Shown: in pieces, positions 10,331-20,394 of the stretch
Layout: the number at the start of each line of letters is the position of its first letter
Numbering within the stretch: the stretch's first letter is position 1
Assembly (NCBI GenBank): GCA_965662175.1
Contig: CBFIGT010000024.1
Span: 1 to 25,586, forward strand
Length of the DNA: 25,586 bases
Direction of reading: 5' to 3'
Origin: Arcobacter sp.
GTDB taxonomy: Bacteria; Campylobacterota; Campylobacteria; Campylobacterales; Arcobacteraceae
Notes under the pieces: model-generated
Database searches by the model: none
The model's input: only the letters and a program-made list of their open reading frames with translations
What the model was told of the DNA's origin: nothing
Position numbers and translations under genes: made by a program

Positions 10331-11329
10331 ATGAAAAAATTTGCAGACACTCCATTTTTACCAACAGAAGTTGAAATTGAAGCAATCAGTGAAACTGAAG
10401 CGAAGATTTCTGCATATCCATTTGAAAGTGGTTTTGCAATTACATTAGCGCACCCTTTAAGAAGACTTCTTCTTTCTAGCTCAGTTGGATACTCTCCAAT
10501 TGCTGTTAAGATTGAGGGAGCAAGCCATGAGTTTGATTCTTTAAGAGGTATGCTTGAAGATATTGCTATATTTATTATCAATCTTAAAAATATTAAATTT
10601 AAAATTGTAGGTAATGAAGAACAAGTTGAAGTAGAATATTCTTTCAATGGACCAAAAGAGATTAAAGGTTCTGACCTTGTAAACTCTGATGTAGAAGTTG
10701 TTAGTCCTGAAGCTCACTTAGCTACAATCAATTCTGATTGTAACTTAACTTTCTCTGTTATTATTCAAAAAGGTATTGGTTATATGCCGTCTGAAGATAT
10801 TAGAGATATGGTTGCTGCTGATTATATTCCACTAGATGCTTTCTTTACTCCTGTAAAAAAAGTTGTTTACGATATTGAAAAAATGTTAGTTGAAGATAAT
10901 CCTAACTATGAAAAAGCTGTATTTACAGTTTTAACTAATGGACAAATTACTCCAATAAACGCTTTTAAAGAAGCTGTTTCTGTTATGTACTCTCAAATGT
11001 CAGTATTTAACAAAGTATTTGATTTATCAGAAGTTACAGTTAGTGATTCATCTGAAGAGCCAGTTGAATTAAAAGACTTAATCGTAAAGATTGACGATTT
11101 AAATTTAAGTGCTAGAAGCTTTAACTCTTTAGATAGAGCAGGGTTAAAATACCTTGGTGAACTAGTACTTATGAGTGAAGTAGAAGTTAAAAATATTAAG
11201 AATTTAGGAAAAAAATCATTTGATGAGATCGCTGAGAAATTAGGATCTTTAGGTTTCCCTATTGAAAATACACTTCCAGAAAACATTGCATCAGCTTTAA
11301 GAAGAAAGCTAGAGCAGTTCAAAGCATAA
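10331..11329 (+). CDS. rpoA: RNA polymerase alpha subunit
   Basis: PFESGFAITLAHPLRRLLLSS, alpha-CTD LSARSFNSL and NLGKKSFDEI; position in the alpha operon. Confidence 0.98.
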   Translation: MKKFADTPFLPTEVEIEAISETEAKISAYPFESGFAITLAHPLRRLLLSSSVGYSPIAVKIEGASHEFDSLRGMLEDIAIFIINLKNIKFKIVGNEEQVEVEYSFNGPKEIKGSDLVNSDVEVVSPEAHLATINSDCNLTFSVIIQKGIGYMPSEDIRDMVAADYIPLDAFFTPVKKVVYDIEKMLVEDNPNYEKAVFTVLTNGQITPINAFKEAVSVMYSQMSVFNKVFDLSEVTVSDSSEEPVELKDLIVKIDDLNLSARSFNSLDRAGLKYLGELVLMSEVEVKNIKNLGKKSFDEIAEKLGSLGFPIENTLPENIASALRRKLEQFKA

Positions 11330-11341
11330 TAAAGGTTAAAT

Positions 11342-11692
11342 ATGAGACATAAGCACGGATATAGAAAGTTAAATAGAACTTCTTCTCATAGAAAAGCATT
11401 GTTAAAAAATATGGCAATTGCTTTAATTGAAAGAGAAAAAATTGAGACTACAGTTCCAAAAGCAAAAGAACTTAGAAGATATATTGAAAGATTAGTAACA
11501 GTTTCAAGAGATGCTGATTTAAATACTCATAGACAAGTATTTGCTGCATTACAATCTAAAGAAGCTACTAAAAAATTAATTAATGAAGTTGCACCAAAAT
11601 ACGTAGGTAGAAATGGTGGATATACATCAATTATCAAAACTAGAATTAGAAGAGGTGATGCTACTCAAATGGCATTCATTTCATTCGTATAA
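11342..11692 (+). CDS. rplQ: 50S ribosomal protein L17
   Basis: [46 protein letters not shown]. Confidence 0.99.
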   Translation: MRHKHGYRKLNRTSSHRKALLKNMAIALIEREKIETTVPKAKELRRYIERLVTVSRDADLNTHRQVFAALQSKEATKKLINEVAPKYVGRNGGYTSIIKTRIRRGDATQMAFISFV

Positions 11693-11715
11693 TAATTAAT
11701 AATTTAATTATTTCC

Positions 11716-11751
11716 AAAAAGGAGAGGTGTTTTAACACTTCTCCTTTTTTT
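11716..11751 (+). terminator. Intrinsic terminator of the alpha operon
   Basis: AAAAAGGAGAGGTGTT-TT-AACACTTCTCCTTTTTTT. Confidence 0.9.
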
Positions 11752-11859
11752 ATTTTAAATACTCAAAATATAATAATAAAATCATAATATAATTTTTAGA
11801 ATTTAATTAACTTTGTTGTATAATCACGATTATTTTTACAATTGAATCAGGAGCTATAA

Positions 11860-13221
11860 TTGATTACATTAAAAGAAGCACTATCCTTAAATGGTGATGA
11901 AATAAAACAACTTAGAGACGAACTTTGCGAAAAAATTACGAACAATAAAATTGGTGCATATGTAGAACAATTAACTAATAAAGATTTAAATACTTCAGGT
12001 TCTGGTATTCCAATAGCAATTAAAGATAATATAAATGTAAAAAATTGGAATATAACTTGTGCAAGTAATATTTTACAAGGATACATTTCTCCTTATAACG
12101 CAAGTGTAATTAATAACTTAGAAAAAGCTGGATTAAGTCCATTTGGTAGAACAAATATGGATGAGTTTGCTATGGGAAGTTCTACTGAATCTTCTTGTTA
12201 TGGTAAAACATTAAATCCAGTTGATAATACAAAAATCCCAGGTGGAAGTAGTGGTGGAAGTGCTGCTGCTGTTGCTGCTGGTATTGCTATTGCTGCACTT
12301 GGTACTGATACAGGTGGAAGTATTAGACAACCAGCTGCATTTTGTGGATGTGTTGGTATGAAACCAACTTATGGAAGAGTTTCAAGATATGGAATTACAG
12401 CTTACTCTTCATCACTTGACCAGTGTGGACCTATTACTCAAAATGTTGAAGATGCTGCTATTTTATATGATATTATTTCAGGATATGACCCTATGGATTC
12501 AACATCAGCAGATGTTGAATATAAAGCGGTAACTCCAAAATTAAATAGTGATAGAAAACTAACGATAGCTGTTATTGATAATTTTATAGAACAAGCAAGT
12601 GATGAGATAAAAGATGGTTTTGAAAAAGCTGTAAAAGCTTTAGAAGATGCAGGACATAAAATTGTTCATAAAAACATGGTTGACACTTCTAAAATAGTTT
12701 CGACTTATTATATCGTTGCAACAGCTGAAGCTAGTGCAAACTTAGCTAGATTTGACGGTGTTAGATATGGAAATAGAAAAGGTGATGCAGGACTTAAAGA
12801 TATGTATGTTCAAACAAAATCTCAAGGTTTTGGAGATGAAGTACAAAAAAGAATTATGCTTGGTTCTTTTGTATTAAGTTCAGGATATTATGACGCTTAT
12901 TATATAAAAGCTCAAAAAGTAAGACATTTAATAAAAGATGAATATGAAAGAATTTTTGAAGATGCTGATTTGATTTTATCACCAGTAGCTCCAACAACAG
13001 CTCCAAAATTTGGAAGCTTTAAAACATCACTTGAAATGTATTTAAGTGATATTTATACAATATCTGTAAATTTAGCTGGATTACCTGCAATTTCATTACC
13101 TATTTGTAATGATAGTGAGGGAATGCCTGTTGGATTACAGCTTATAGGAAAAGCATATGACGAGCAAACTATGTTCGATGGTGCTTTAAGTTTAGAAAAA
13201 CAAATTAATTATAAAAAATAG
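11860..13221 (+). CDS. gatA: Asp/Glu-tRNA amidotransferase subunit A
   Basis: PIAIKDNI, TNMDEFAMGSS, PGGSSGGSAAAV, GTDTGGSIRQPA, RIMLGSFVLSSGYYDAYY; TTG start after AGGAG. Confidence 0.98.
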   Translation: MITLKEALSLNGDEIKQLRDELCEKITNNKIGAYVEQLTNKDLNTSGSGIPIAIKDNINVKNWNITCASNILQGYISPYNASVINNLEKAGLSPFGRTNMDEFAMGSSTESSCYGKTLNPVDNTKIPGGSSGGSAAAVAAGIAIAALGTDTGGSIRQPAAFCGCVGMKPTYGRVSRYGITAYSSSLDQCGPITQNVEDAAILYDIISGYDPMDSTSADVEYKAVTPKLNSDRKLTIAVIDNFIEQASDEIKDGFEKAVKALEDAGHKIVHKNMVDTSKIVSTYYIVATAEASANLARFDGVRYGNRKGDAGLKDMYVQTKSQGFGDEVQKRIMLGSFVLSSGYYDAYYIKAQKVRHLIKDEYERIFEDADLILSPVAPTTAPKFGSFKTSLEMYLSDIYTISVNLAGLPAISLPICNDSEGMPVGLQLIGKAYDEQTMFDGALSLEKQINYKK

Positions 13222-14679
<1,458 letters not shown>

Positions 14680-14687
14680 TATTGAGT

Positions 14688-14718
14688 AAAAAAGAGGTTT
14701 ATAACAGCCTCTTTTTTT
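14688..14718 (+). terminator. Intrinsic (possibly bidirectional) terminator after guaB
   Basis: AAAAAAGAGGTT...AGCCTCTTTTTTT hairpin with flanking A and T tracts. Confidence 0.85.
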
Positions 14719-14823
14719 AAATTTCTATGTTTCTCATAAAATCTTTTCACTCATTTACTTTTTGTAAACTTCTTTTAAAAATTTTATTTATGCTTTAAAC
14801 TTTATAAAATATAAACTAATATA

Positions 14824-14950
14824 AACCTCTTTCTTTTCCATAGTATTAGGATGTCTTTTATAATGAAATAAAATATTTTATTTAACCATAATATTTTCTA
14901 AAATATAAAAATGTAATTTTAAAGTTAAATTTTTTACCTTTAACAATATT
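14824..14950 (-). pseudogene. intI: Eroded integron-integrase N-terminal remnant
   Basis: Minus strand 14886-14824 reads VK*NILFHYKRHPNTMEKKEV, resembling the IntI N-terminal pattern W-x-K-x-Y-I-x-F-H-x-K-R-H-P-x-x-M-G-x-x-E-V/I. It is oriented divergently from the attC array, as intI usually is. Confidence 0.65.
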
Positions 14951-15055
14951 ATGTATAAAAAAGTCTAAATATCAACATAAAATAAACTTTTTAATAAATA
15001 TATAATAATAAGTTTATTTAAATACTTTGTTTATATAATATATATTCAATTAATT

Positions 15056-15062
15056 GTTATAT
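15056..15062 (+). other. Candidate attI (or relic attC) recombination core GTTATAT starting cassette 1
   Basis: GTT core 47 bp upstream of the first cassette ATG, between the intI remnant and the array. The region is very AT-rich, so a chance match is possible. Confidence 0.4.
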
Positions 15063-15102
15063 ATAAATTTACAGAGTAAAAATATAAAAGTAAGGAGTTC
15101 GT

Positions 15103-15619
15103 ATGAGCAAAAAAATAACATTAGTACTTGGACTAATTTTAACATTGTTAGCATCACCAATTTATGCTGATTGGAGTACATCTACAGATAAAAATGAAAT
15201 GACTGGTGAAAAATCAACATATGCCAGTTCTTCTTTAGTAAGTTCAACTAAAAACTATGGATTTTCCATACAGTGATACAGTAGCTTGGATTGGGGTAGG
15301 TTTTAAAAACAATAGAGAATGGATATATATAGGTTTTAGTGTATCACCAAACTTAAATGATACAAGAACAGAAGATTGGTATAATGTAATAAAAACAAAA
15401 ATAAAAATAAATGATAAAATTAATGATGTAACATTAACTCAAGATTGGGGTGATAAATTTTTAAGTTTTCTTTATGGAGAACAAACAATTAAAGATATAG
15501 AATCAGGTGATAAATTATTAATTACATTAAATTGGCATGGGAATGGCACAGTATATTTTAATTTTGATTTAAAAGGTTCTTCAAAAGCATTAAAAATAAT
15601 GAGAAAAGAATGTAAATAA
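15103..15619 (+). pseudogene. Frameshifted exported hypothetical protein (cassette 1)
   Basis: AAGGAG SD and ATG at 15103 give signal peptide MSKKITLVLGLILTLLASPIYA then DWSTSTDKNEMTG. Removing one A from the A5 run at 15250-15254 joins it to ORF 15257..15619 (…SSTKTMDFPY…), giving 171 aa. Confidence 0.8.
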
Positions 15620-15626
15620 AATTCTT

Positions 15627-15695
15627 ACATAAGAAATCATTTGAGAAAAATAATTGACCCTGCGGCTCAAATATTTCTCAATTCAAACGTTATAT
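15627..15695 (+). repeat. attC-like site, damaged R'' box
   Basis: ACATAAG...TTGAGAAAAATAATTGA-CCCTGCGGC-TCAAATATTTCTCAA...GTTATAT: an imperfect hairpin just after a stop codon, with the conserved AAC reading AAG. Confidence 0.7.
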
Positions 15696-15800
15696 ATAAA
15701 AGGACATTATTATATTAATAAAAGCAAAGAGAGATTATAGTAAAATCATCAGCAAGTATTAGAGTACATGAAAAAAGAAAGTTTTTATGAATGAAAAATC

Positions 15801-16223
15801 ATGATGAAAAAAAATTCTAAAATATTATTTGAAGCTAATAGAAATCATACTAGTGTATATTTGGCAGGATATGTATTAGAAGGGTATGTAAAAATTTTAC
15901 TTATTGACAATGGAGCAACTACATATCAAGGTAACAGTTCCTCATCTTATGGTGGTCACATAAATAATTCAAACTTTATAAATAGATTAAATACTATAGA
16001 TCCTGTCATATTTAGTAATAGTATTTTGAATCAAACTAATATGAACTATCCTCAATATTTATTAAATGGGGATGGTGTAGTGAATTCAAAAGATGAATGG
16101 AATATAAATTATAGATACGAAATCCAAAGATGGACAGATAGAAATTTTGCACAAAACATTCAAAATGAAATAGAAAAGATAGAAATAGCATTAACCAACT
16201 TAAGAATAGATGGAGTCGTATAA
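15801..16223 (+). CDS. HEPN-domain protein (possibly 5'-truncated)
   Basis: VYLAGYVLEGYVK helix, GGHI and C-terminal WNINYRY resemble the HEPN pattern AGY-x-x-E-x-x-L/V-K...H...W-x4-RY; TAATG overlap with the next gene. Confidence 0.7.
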   Translation: MMKKNSKILFEANRNHTSVYLAGYVLEGYVKILLIDNGATTYQGNSSSSYGGHINNSNFINRLNTIDPVIFSNSILNQTNMNYPQYLLNGDGVVNSKDEWNINYRYEIQRWTDRNFAQNIQNEIEKIEIALTNLRIDGVV

Positions 16224-18784
16224 TGATAGTTACACAACAACTAGAAAAAATTAAAAATATTATTGAACAATATAAAAATGTTGAATTTAGAATTATTAAT
16301 AATACATTAGGTAAAAACTTAATTCTTTTAAGTGAAGAAAATGAAAATTTATTAAAAGAACTAGATGAATATAAAAAATATATTCAAGAAGTAATTTTAG
16401 AACCAAATGAAGATGAAAATAATCCTATTATCAAAGAAATAAAAAATATTTGTGAAAAAAATAGTGTTATTCATAGAAATATTAGTTACATTAATTGGTC
16501 TAATAGAAAAATAAAAGTAGAAAAACAAAAAAAAGTTATTGCAGGATATTCATTTAAGGGAGGAATGGGTAGAAGTACAACATTAGCCTATCTATCATAC
16601 TTCTACTATCTTTTAGGTAAAAAAATTGTTGTTTTAGATTGTGACTTTGAAGCACCTGGTATTGCAAGTATCTTTTTTGATAAAGATAAAAGAGAACAAA
16701 AAGCTGGAATTTTAGATTATATAGTTGACTTAAATATAGATGAAAATCCAAAATTAGATAACTATTTTTTACAAAGTAAAGTAAGTGATAACTCTGGAAA
16801 TCTATTTGTTTTTCCATCTGGAATTGATTTTGATACAAAAAACTATATTAATAAAATATCAAAAATTGATTTTAACAGTAGTGGATATACAGATAGTTTT
16901 AATAAGTTATTACAAAAAATAGATGAATTTTTAAAACCTGATTTGATTTTTGTAGATTTACGAGCTGGAATTAATGAGTCTAATGGATTAATTTTAAAGC
17001 AAATATCTAATACTAACTTACTATTTTTTAATAGTGAAGAGCAAAATGAAGATGGATTAAAAGTTATTTCTACTCTATTTGATAATTTTCATACCAATTA
17101 TATAATGAATAGTACAATTAGATTTTCAAATCAAGAACTTAGGAAAATAAAAGAAAAACAGTTAAATGAGTTTTTAAATAGTGAATTTAAATTTAAAAAA
17201 GATAATATCATATCAATTCCATATAATGCATTTATGCTTGAGAATAATGATACTGAAGAATATGAAAAATTTATTATTAAAGAATACAAAGCTTATAAAA
17301 CATCAAGTCCAACATACTTATATCCACTAATTACTAAAATAGATAAAATATACTTTAATGATATAGTTGTAAAAATAAGAGATAATGAATTAATTGATAA
17401 AAGTAGTTTAAAAGATATATTGGAAAAATTAAAAAATGTATTTTCATCTCTAACAGGGACGGAACAGTTTAAAGGAGATGAAGACTTAAAATATTTTTAT
17501 CTTAAAGACGATATTTCAAAAATTGTAAATGAACAAATATTTTTAATATTAGGTGCTAAAGGTAGTGGTAAATCTACCTTATTTGAAGTTTTCACCAAGC
17601 ATCATAAAGATATATTAAGTAGATTAAATATTGGTAACAACAAATATATTGCTGGATTTTCAAAAAATATTATGAGGGAAATTTCAAAGGATTACATATC
17701 ATACATATTTAATAAAGCAAATAAAAATAGCGATGATATAGAGCGATTTTGGAAATGCTTAACACTTTTTAAAATAGAAAAAAATATAAGTAGTCAAGAG
17801 TTGTTTTTTACAAATATTGAAGAAATAAGTGAGAAATTCATTGACTTGAGAATTGGACTAGAAGTAGATAAGCGATTAAAAAATATAAATATAGAACTGC
17901 TACAAAAAGATGAAGTTATAACACTAGTTTATGATGAATTAGATATTGGCTTTACACAAGAATCAACAAAAACCTTTATAACGACACTTGTATCTTTTTG
18001 GCAAGATAATATATATAAATATAGTCAAATTAGGTCAAAGATACTATTAAGAAATGATATTTTTGATACTTTAAATATTGAAAATAAAACACATTTAGAA
18101 CTTAATATGTATGAGTTAAAATGGAATGAAAAAGAGATATTGTCACTTATATTGAAAATTTTTATTTCAGAACTTTCTGATGAAGAACTTGAAAAAATTA
18201 ATCTTTTATTCATTATTAAGAATAGAAAGAATAATGAAGTCGTAGAAGATATGAGTAAAATACGAGAAGCAATATATTTAATATTTAATAAAAAAGCTCC
18301 TTATAGTTCAACAATGGATAAATGGTTACCTGCAAGACTAGAAGACTCAAAAGGTCTTATAACTCCTAGAACTATATATAAACTAATGTATGAGAGTATC
18401 AAAAACGAATTGAAATACGATACAGAAACAAAACGTAATGCATTATTAAATTCATTTGATAAAAATAAAGATGATTGGAAAGAGATTTTCAAGGAAGTTT
18501 CAAAACAGAAACTTGTTGAATACGATGCTGAGTATAAAGATTACAAAACTATATATAATAAAATTGTTAAAATAGGTCAAAGAAGCTTTACAAAAGATGA
18601 GTTTAAAGAACAATTTCCTAATAAAACAAATATTAAAACTATTGATGATAATTTGAAAAAATTACAAGAAAGTGGTTTTTTAGGTTATGATGAAAAGCAA
18701 AAAAAGTATCAAGTTGCATTTATTTATGTTTATTCTTTAGGACTAAAAATTAATAGAAGCAAAACAGGAAAAGGAGAAAAATAA
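16223..18784 (+). CDS. 853-aa double P-loop protein: ParA/MinD-like KGGxGR-variant ATPase fused to a second NTPase and a probable C-terminal winged helix
   Basis: SFKGGMGRST (16556-16579), LDCDFEAPG, VDLRAG; second Walker A GAKGSGKST (17552-17578), Walker B LVYDELD, KILLRNDIF, TPR; C-terminal LKKLQESGFL. Confidence 0.85.
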   Translation: MIVTQQLEKIKNIIEQYKNVEFRIINNTLGKNLILLSEENENLLKELDEYKKYIQEVILEPNEDENNPIIKEIKNICEKNSVIHRNISYINWSNRKIKVEKQKKVIAGYSFKGGMGRSTTLAYLSYFYYLLGKKIVVLDCDFEAPGIASIFFDKDKREQKAGILDYIVDLNIDENPKLDNYFLQSKVSDNSGNLFVFPSGIDFDTKNYINKISKIDFNSSGYTDSFNKLLQKIDEFLKPDLIFVDLRAGINESNGLILKQISNTNLLFFNSEEQNEDGLKVISTLFDNFHTNYIMNSTIRFSNQELRKIKEKQLNEFLNSEFKFKKDNIISIPYNAFMLENNDTEEYEKFIIKEYKAYKTSSPTYLYPLITKIDKIYFNDIVVKIRDNELIDKSSLKDILEKLKNVFSSLTGTEQFKGDEDLKYFYLKDDISKIVNEQIFLILGAKGSGKSTLFEVFTKHHKDILSRLNIGNNKYIAGFSKNIMREISKDYISYIFNKANKNSDDIERFWKCLTLFKIEKNISSQELFFTNIEEISEKFIDLRIGLEVDKRLKNINIELLQKDEVITLVYDELDIGFTQESTKTFITTLVSFWQDNIYKYSQIRSKILLRNDIFDTLNIENKTHLELNMYELKWNEKEILSLILKIFISELSDEELEKINLLFIIKNRKNNEVVEDMSKIREAIYLIFNKKAPYSSTMDKWLPARLEDSKGLITPRTIYKLMYESIKNELKYDTETKRNALLNSFDKNKDDWKEIFKEVSKQKLVEYDAEYKDYKTIYNKIVKIGQRSFTKDEFKEQFPNKTNIKTIDDNLKKLQESGFLGYDEKQKKYQVAFIYVYSLGLKINRSKTGKGEK

Positions 18785-18838
18785 TATAACAAAATTTAGC
18801 AACGAACACTTGGGCGTCGTTGTAGTAAACTGTTAGTA
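18784..18838 (+). repeat. attC site with canonical architecture (55 bp)
   Basis: R'' ATATAAC, 5-nt spacer, L'' TTA(G)CAAC with an extra G, short stem-loop, L' GTTGTAG, 6-nt spacer, R' GTTAGTA. R'' overlaps the stop codon. Confidence 0.85.
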
Positions 18839-18883
18839 TGTCAAAAACTAGTTGCTTGATTTATATATAAGTTAAATATTTTA

Positions 18884-18892
18884 TGCTAAAAT
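18884..18892 (+). promoter_or_regulatory. Putative extended -10 promoter internal to cassette 3
   Basis: TGCTAAAAT (TGn-TAAAAT) 24 nt before the ATG at 18917; AAGGGA SD. Confidence 0.45.
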
Positions 18893-18916
18893 AATATAAT
18901 TTTAGAAAGGGATAAT

Positions 18917-19639
18917 ATGGTTGTAAATGATTTTAAGATTATTATAAAAGCAAAGAAAGTCCCAGTTAATATTAATAATGAAATCATTAAGTATACACAA
19001 GATACTACAATCCAAAATAATCATTTACAATGTGAAGTTTTTTTCCAAAATACTCTAATTGCACAAGGTATTATCTTAGATTTTTACAAAGAGTTTGAGA
19101 TACTTCAAGACTTTAATCAAAATCCTTTTACCCATATTTTAACTTTTGAATATAACGGTCGAGAATATCAAAAATACACATATTTTGGGAAAAAGTTGTA
19201 TGAGATGAAATATTTAAAAAGTCCACCATTACAACAAGTAACAAGGGAATCTTATATTGATGAAATAATTTCTTACTTTCATGGATATATTAAATATTTA
19301 AAAGAAAACTATTCTAATTTAAATATGACATTTATACCTTCAAGTTCGCAAATGCCTGATGATATTGCGAATAAACTATCAGTGATAAATTCTATACCGT
19401 TAAACACTATTATTTTCAAACACAGTTCAATCGCAAGTAAAGCCATAACAAACTTATCAACACAACAATTTAATAAATATACTATAGATTTAAGCCAATC
19501 AAATATTAATGATACTTTTATCGTTATTGATGATGTAATGGGTACGACAGCCTCAATATGTGAAACCATGTATAAGCTATATGATTTTAATAAAAAAGTG
19601 AACTTTTTCTTTATCCCTGTGAAGGATGTAAAAAGATGA
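18917..19639 (+). CDS. Type I phosphoribosyltransferase-domain protein (ComF-like C-terminus, unknown N-terminal domain)
   Basis: PRPP-binding loop FIVIDDVMGTTASI and upstream FIPSS; ATGA overlap with the next gene. Confidence 0.75.
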   Translation: MVVNDFKIIIKAKKVPVNINNEIIKYTQDTTIQNNHLQCEVFFQNTLIAQGIILDFYKEFEILQDFNQNPFTHILTFEYNGREYQKYTYFGKKLYEMKYLKSPPLQQVTRESYIDEIISYFHGYIKYLKENYSNLNMTFIPSSSQMPDDIANKLSVINSIPLNTIIFKHSSIASKAITNLSTQQFNKYTIDLSQSNINDTFIVIDDVMGTTASICETMYKLYDFNKKVNFFFIPVKDVKR

Positions 19640-20391
19640 AAAATAAAGTTTTTATTAGCGGTTCAATATCATTTAAAAAACTACCTCAAGAGGTTATAAA
19701 TAGTATTAATAAAATCATAAGTCAAAACTTTGAAATATTGGTTGGCGATGCTAGTGGTATTGATACATTAGTTCAAGAGTATTGTTTATCTTTAAACTAT
19801 TTTAATGTAACTGTTTATTCAATTTCTATAGTTCCAAGATATAAAGCAAGTGAAAATTTTAAGACAAAATATATTGAAGTTTCAAATAGTATTAAAAAAG
19901 AGAGAGAAAGACAACAAGAAAAAGATAAATCTATGACTATAGATAGTGAATTTACTTTTGCTATATGGGATGGTAAAAGTAAAGGGACTTATAACAATAT
20001 ACTTCGGGGCTTAGAGAATAATAAAAAAATAAAAGTTTATTTATCTAAAAAAGATTTATTTCTTGAGCAAAACAAAATTACAAAAGATGAAATAGATTTT
20101 ATTTATCGAGAAGATAACGGTTATACAGCTTCTGAAGTAGTACAACACTTAAAAGATGAAGCGAAAGATTTTTTTCAAAAAACACAAGATTTGAATAAAT
20201 ATCTATTGCATGAACTAGTAATAGAAAAAGAGGATAAAACATATAAGCCAACAAGCAAGTATAAAGATTTATTTATTATTGATAAATACCATGGAAAAAT
20301 CAAAGGTATTAAGTTTAAAAATGAATTTATATCTTGGATTGAAAAGCATATTAAAGAAGAGAGAAAACCACAACAAGCTAGTTTATTTTAG
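19636..20391 (+). CDS. SLOG-superfamily (DprA/YspA-like fold) protein with a probable C-terminal DNA-binding domain
   Basis: VFISGS, LVGDASGIDTLVQEY, KDKSM, AIWDGKSKGTYNNI are SLOG-fold motifs; the C-terminal YTASEV...DLNKYL...YKPT looks winged-helix/antirepressor-like. Confidence 0.7.
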   Translation: MKNKVFISGSISFKKLPQEVINSINKIISQNFEILVGDASGIDTLVQEYCLSLNYFNVTVYSISIVPRYKASENFKTKYIEVSNSIKKERERQQEKDKSMTIDSEFTFAIWDGKSKGTYNNILRGLENNKKIKVYLSKKDLFLEQNKITKDEIDFIYREDNGYTASEVVQHLKDEAKDFFQKTQDLNKYLLHELVIEKEDKTYKPTSKYKDLFIIDKYHGKIKGIKFKNEFISWIEKHIKEERKPQQASLF

Positions 20392-20394
20392 TTT

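Noticed and set aside
14960..15050. Integron Pc promoter
   Set aside because: Several TATAAT-like hexamers occur in near-pure AT sequence and none can be singled out.
16223..17300. Plasmid or prophage partition locus
   Set aside because: No parB, replication or phage genes; the ParA-like domain is fused to another NTPase and has a variant Walker A.
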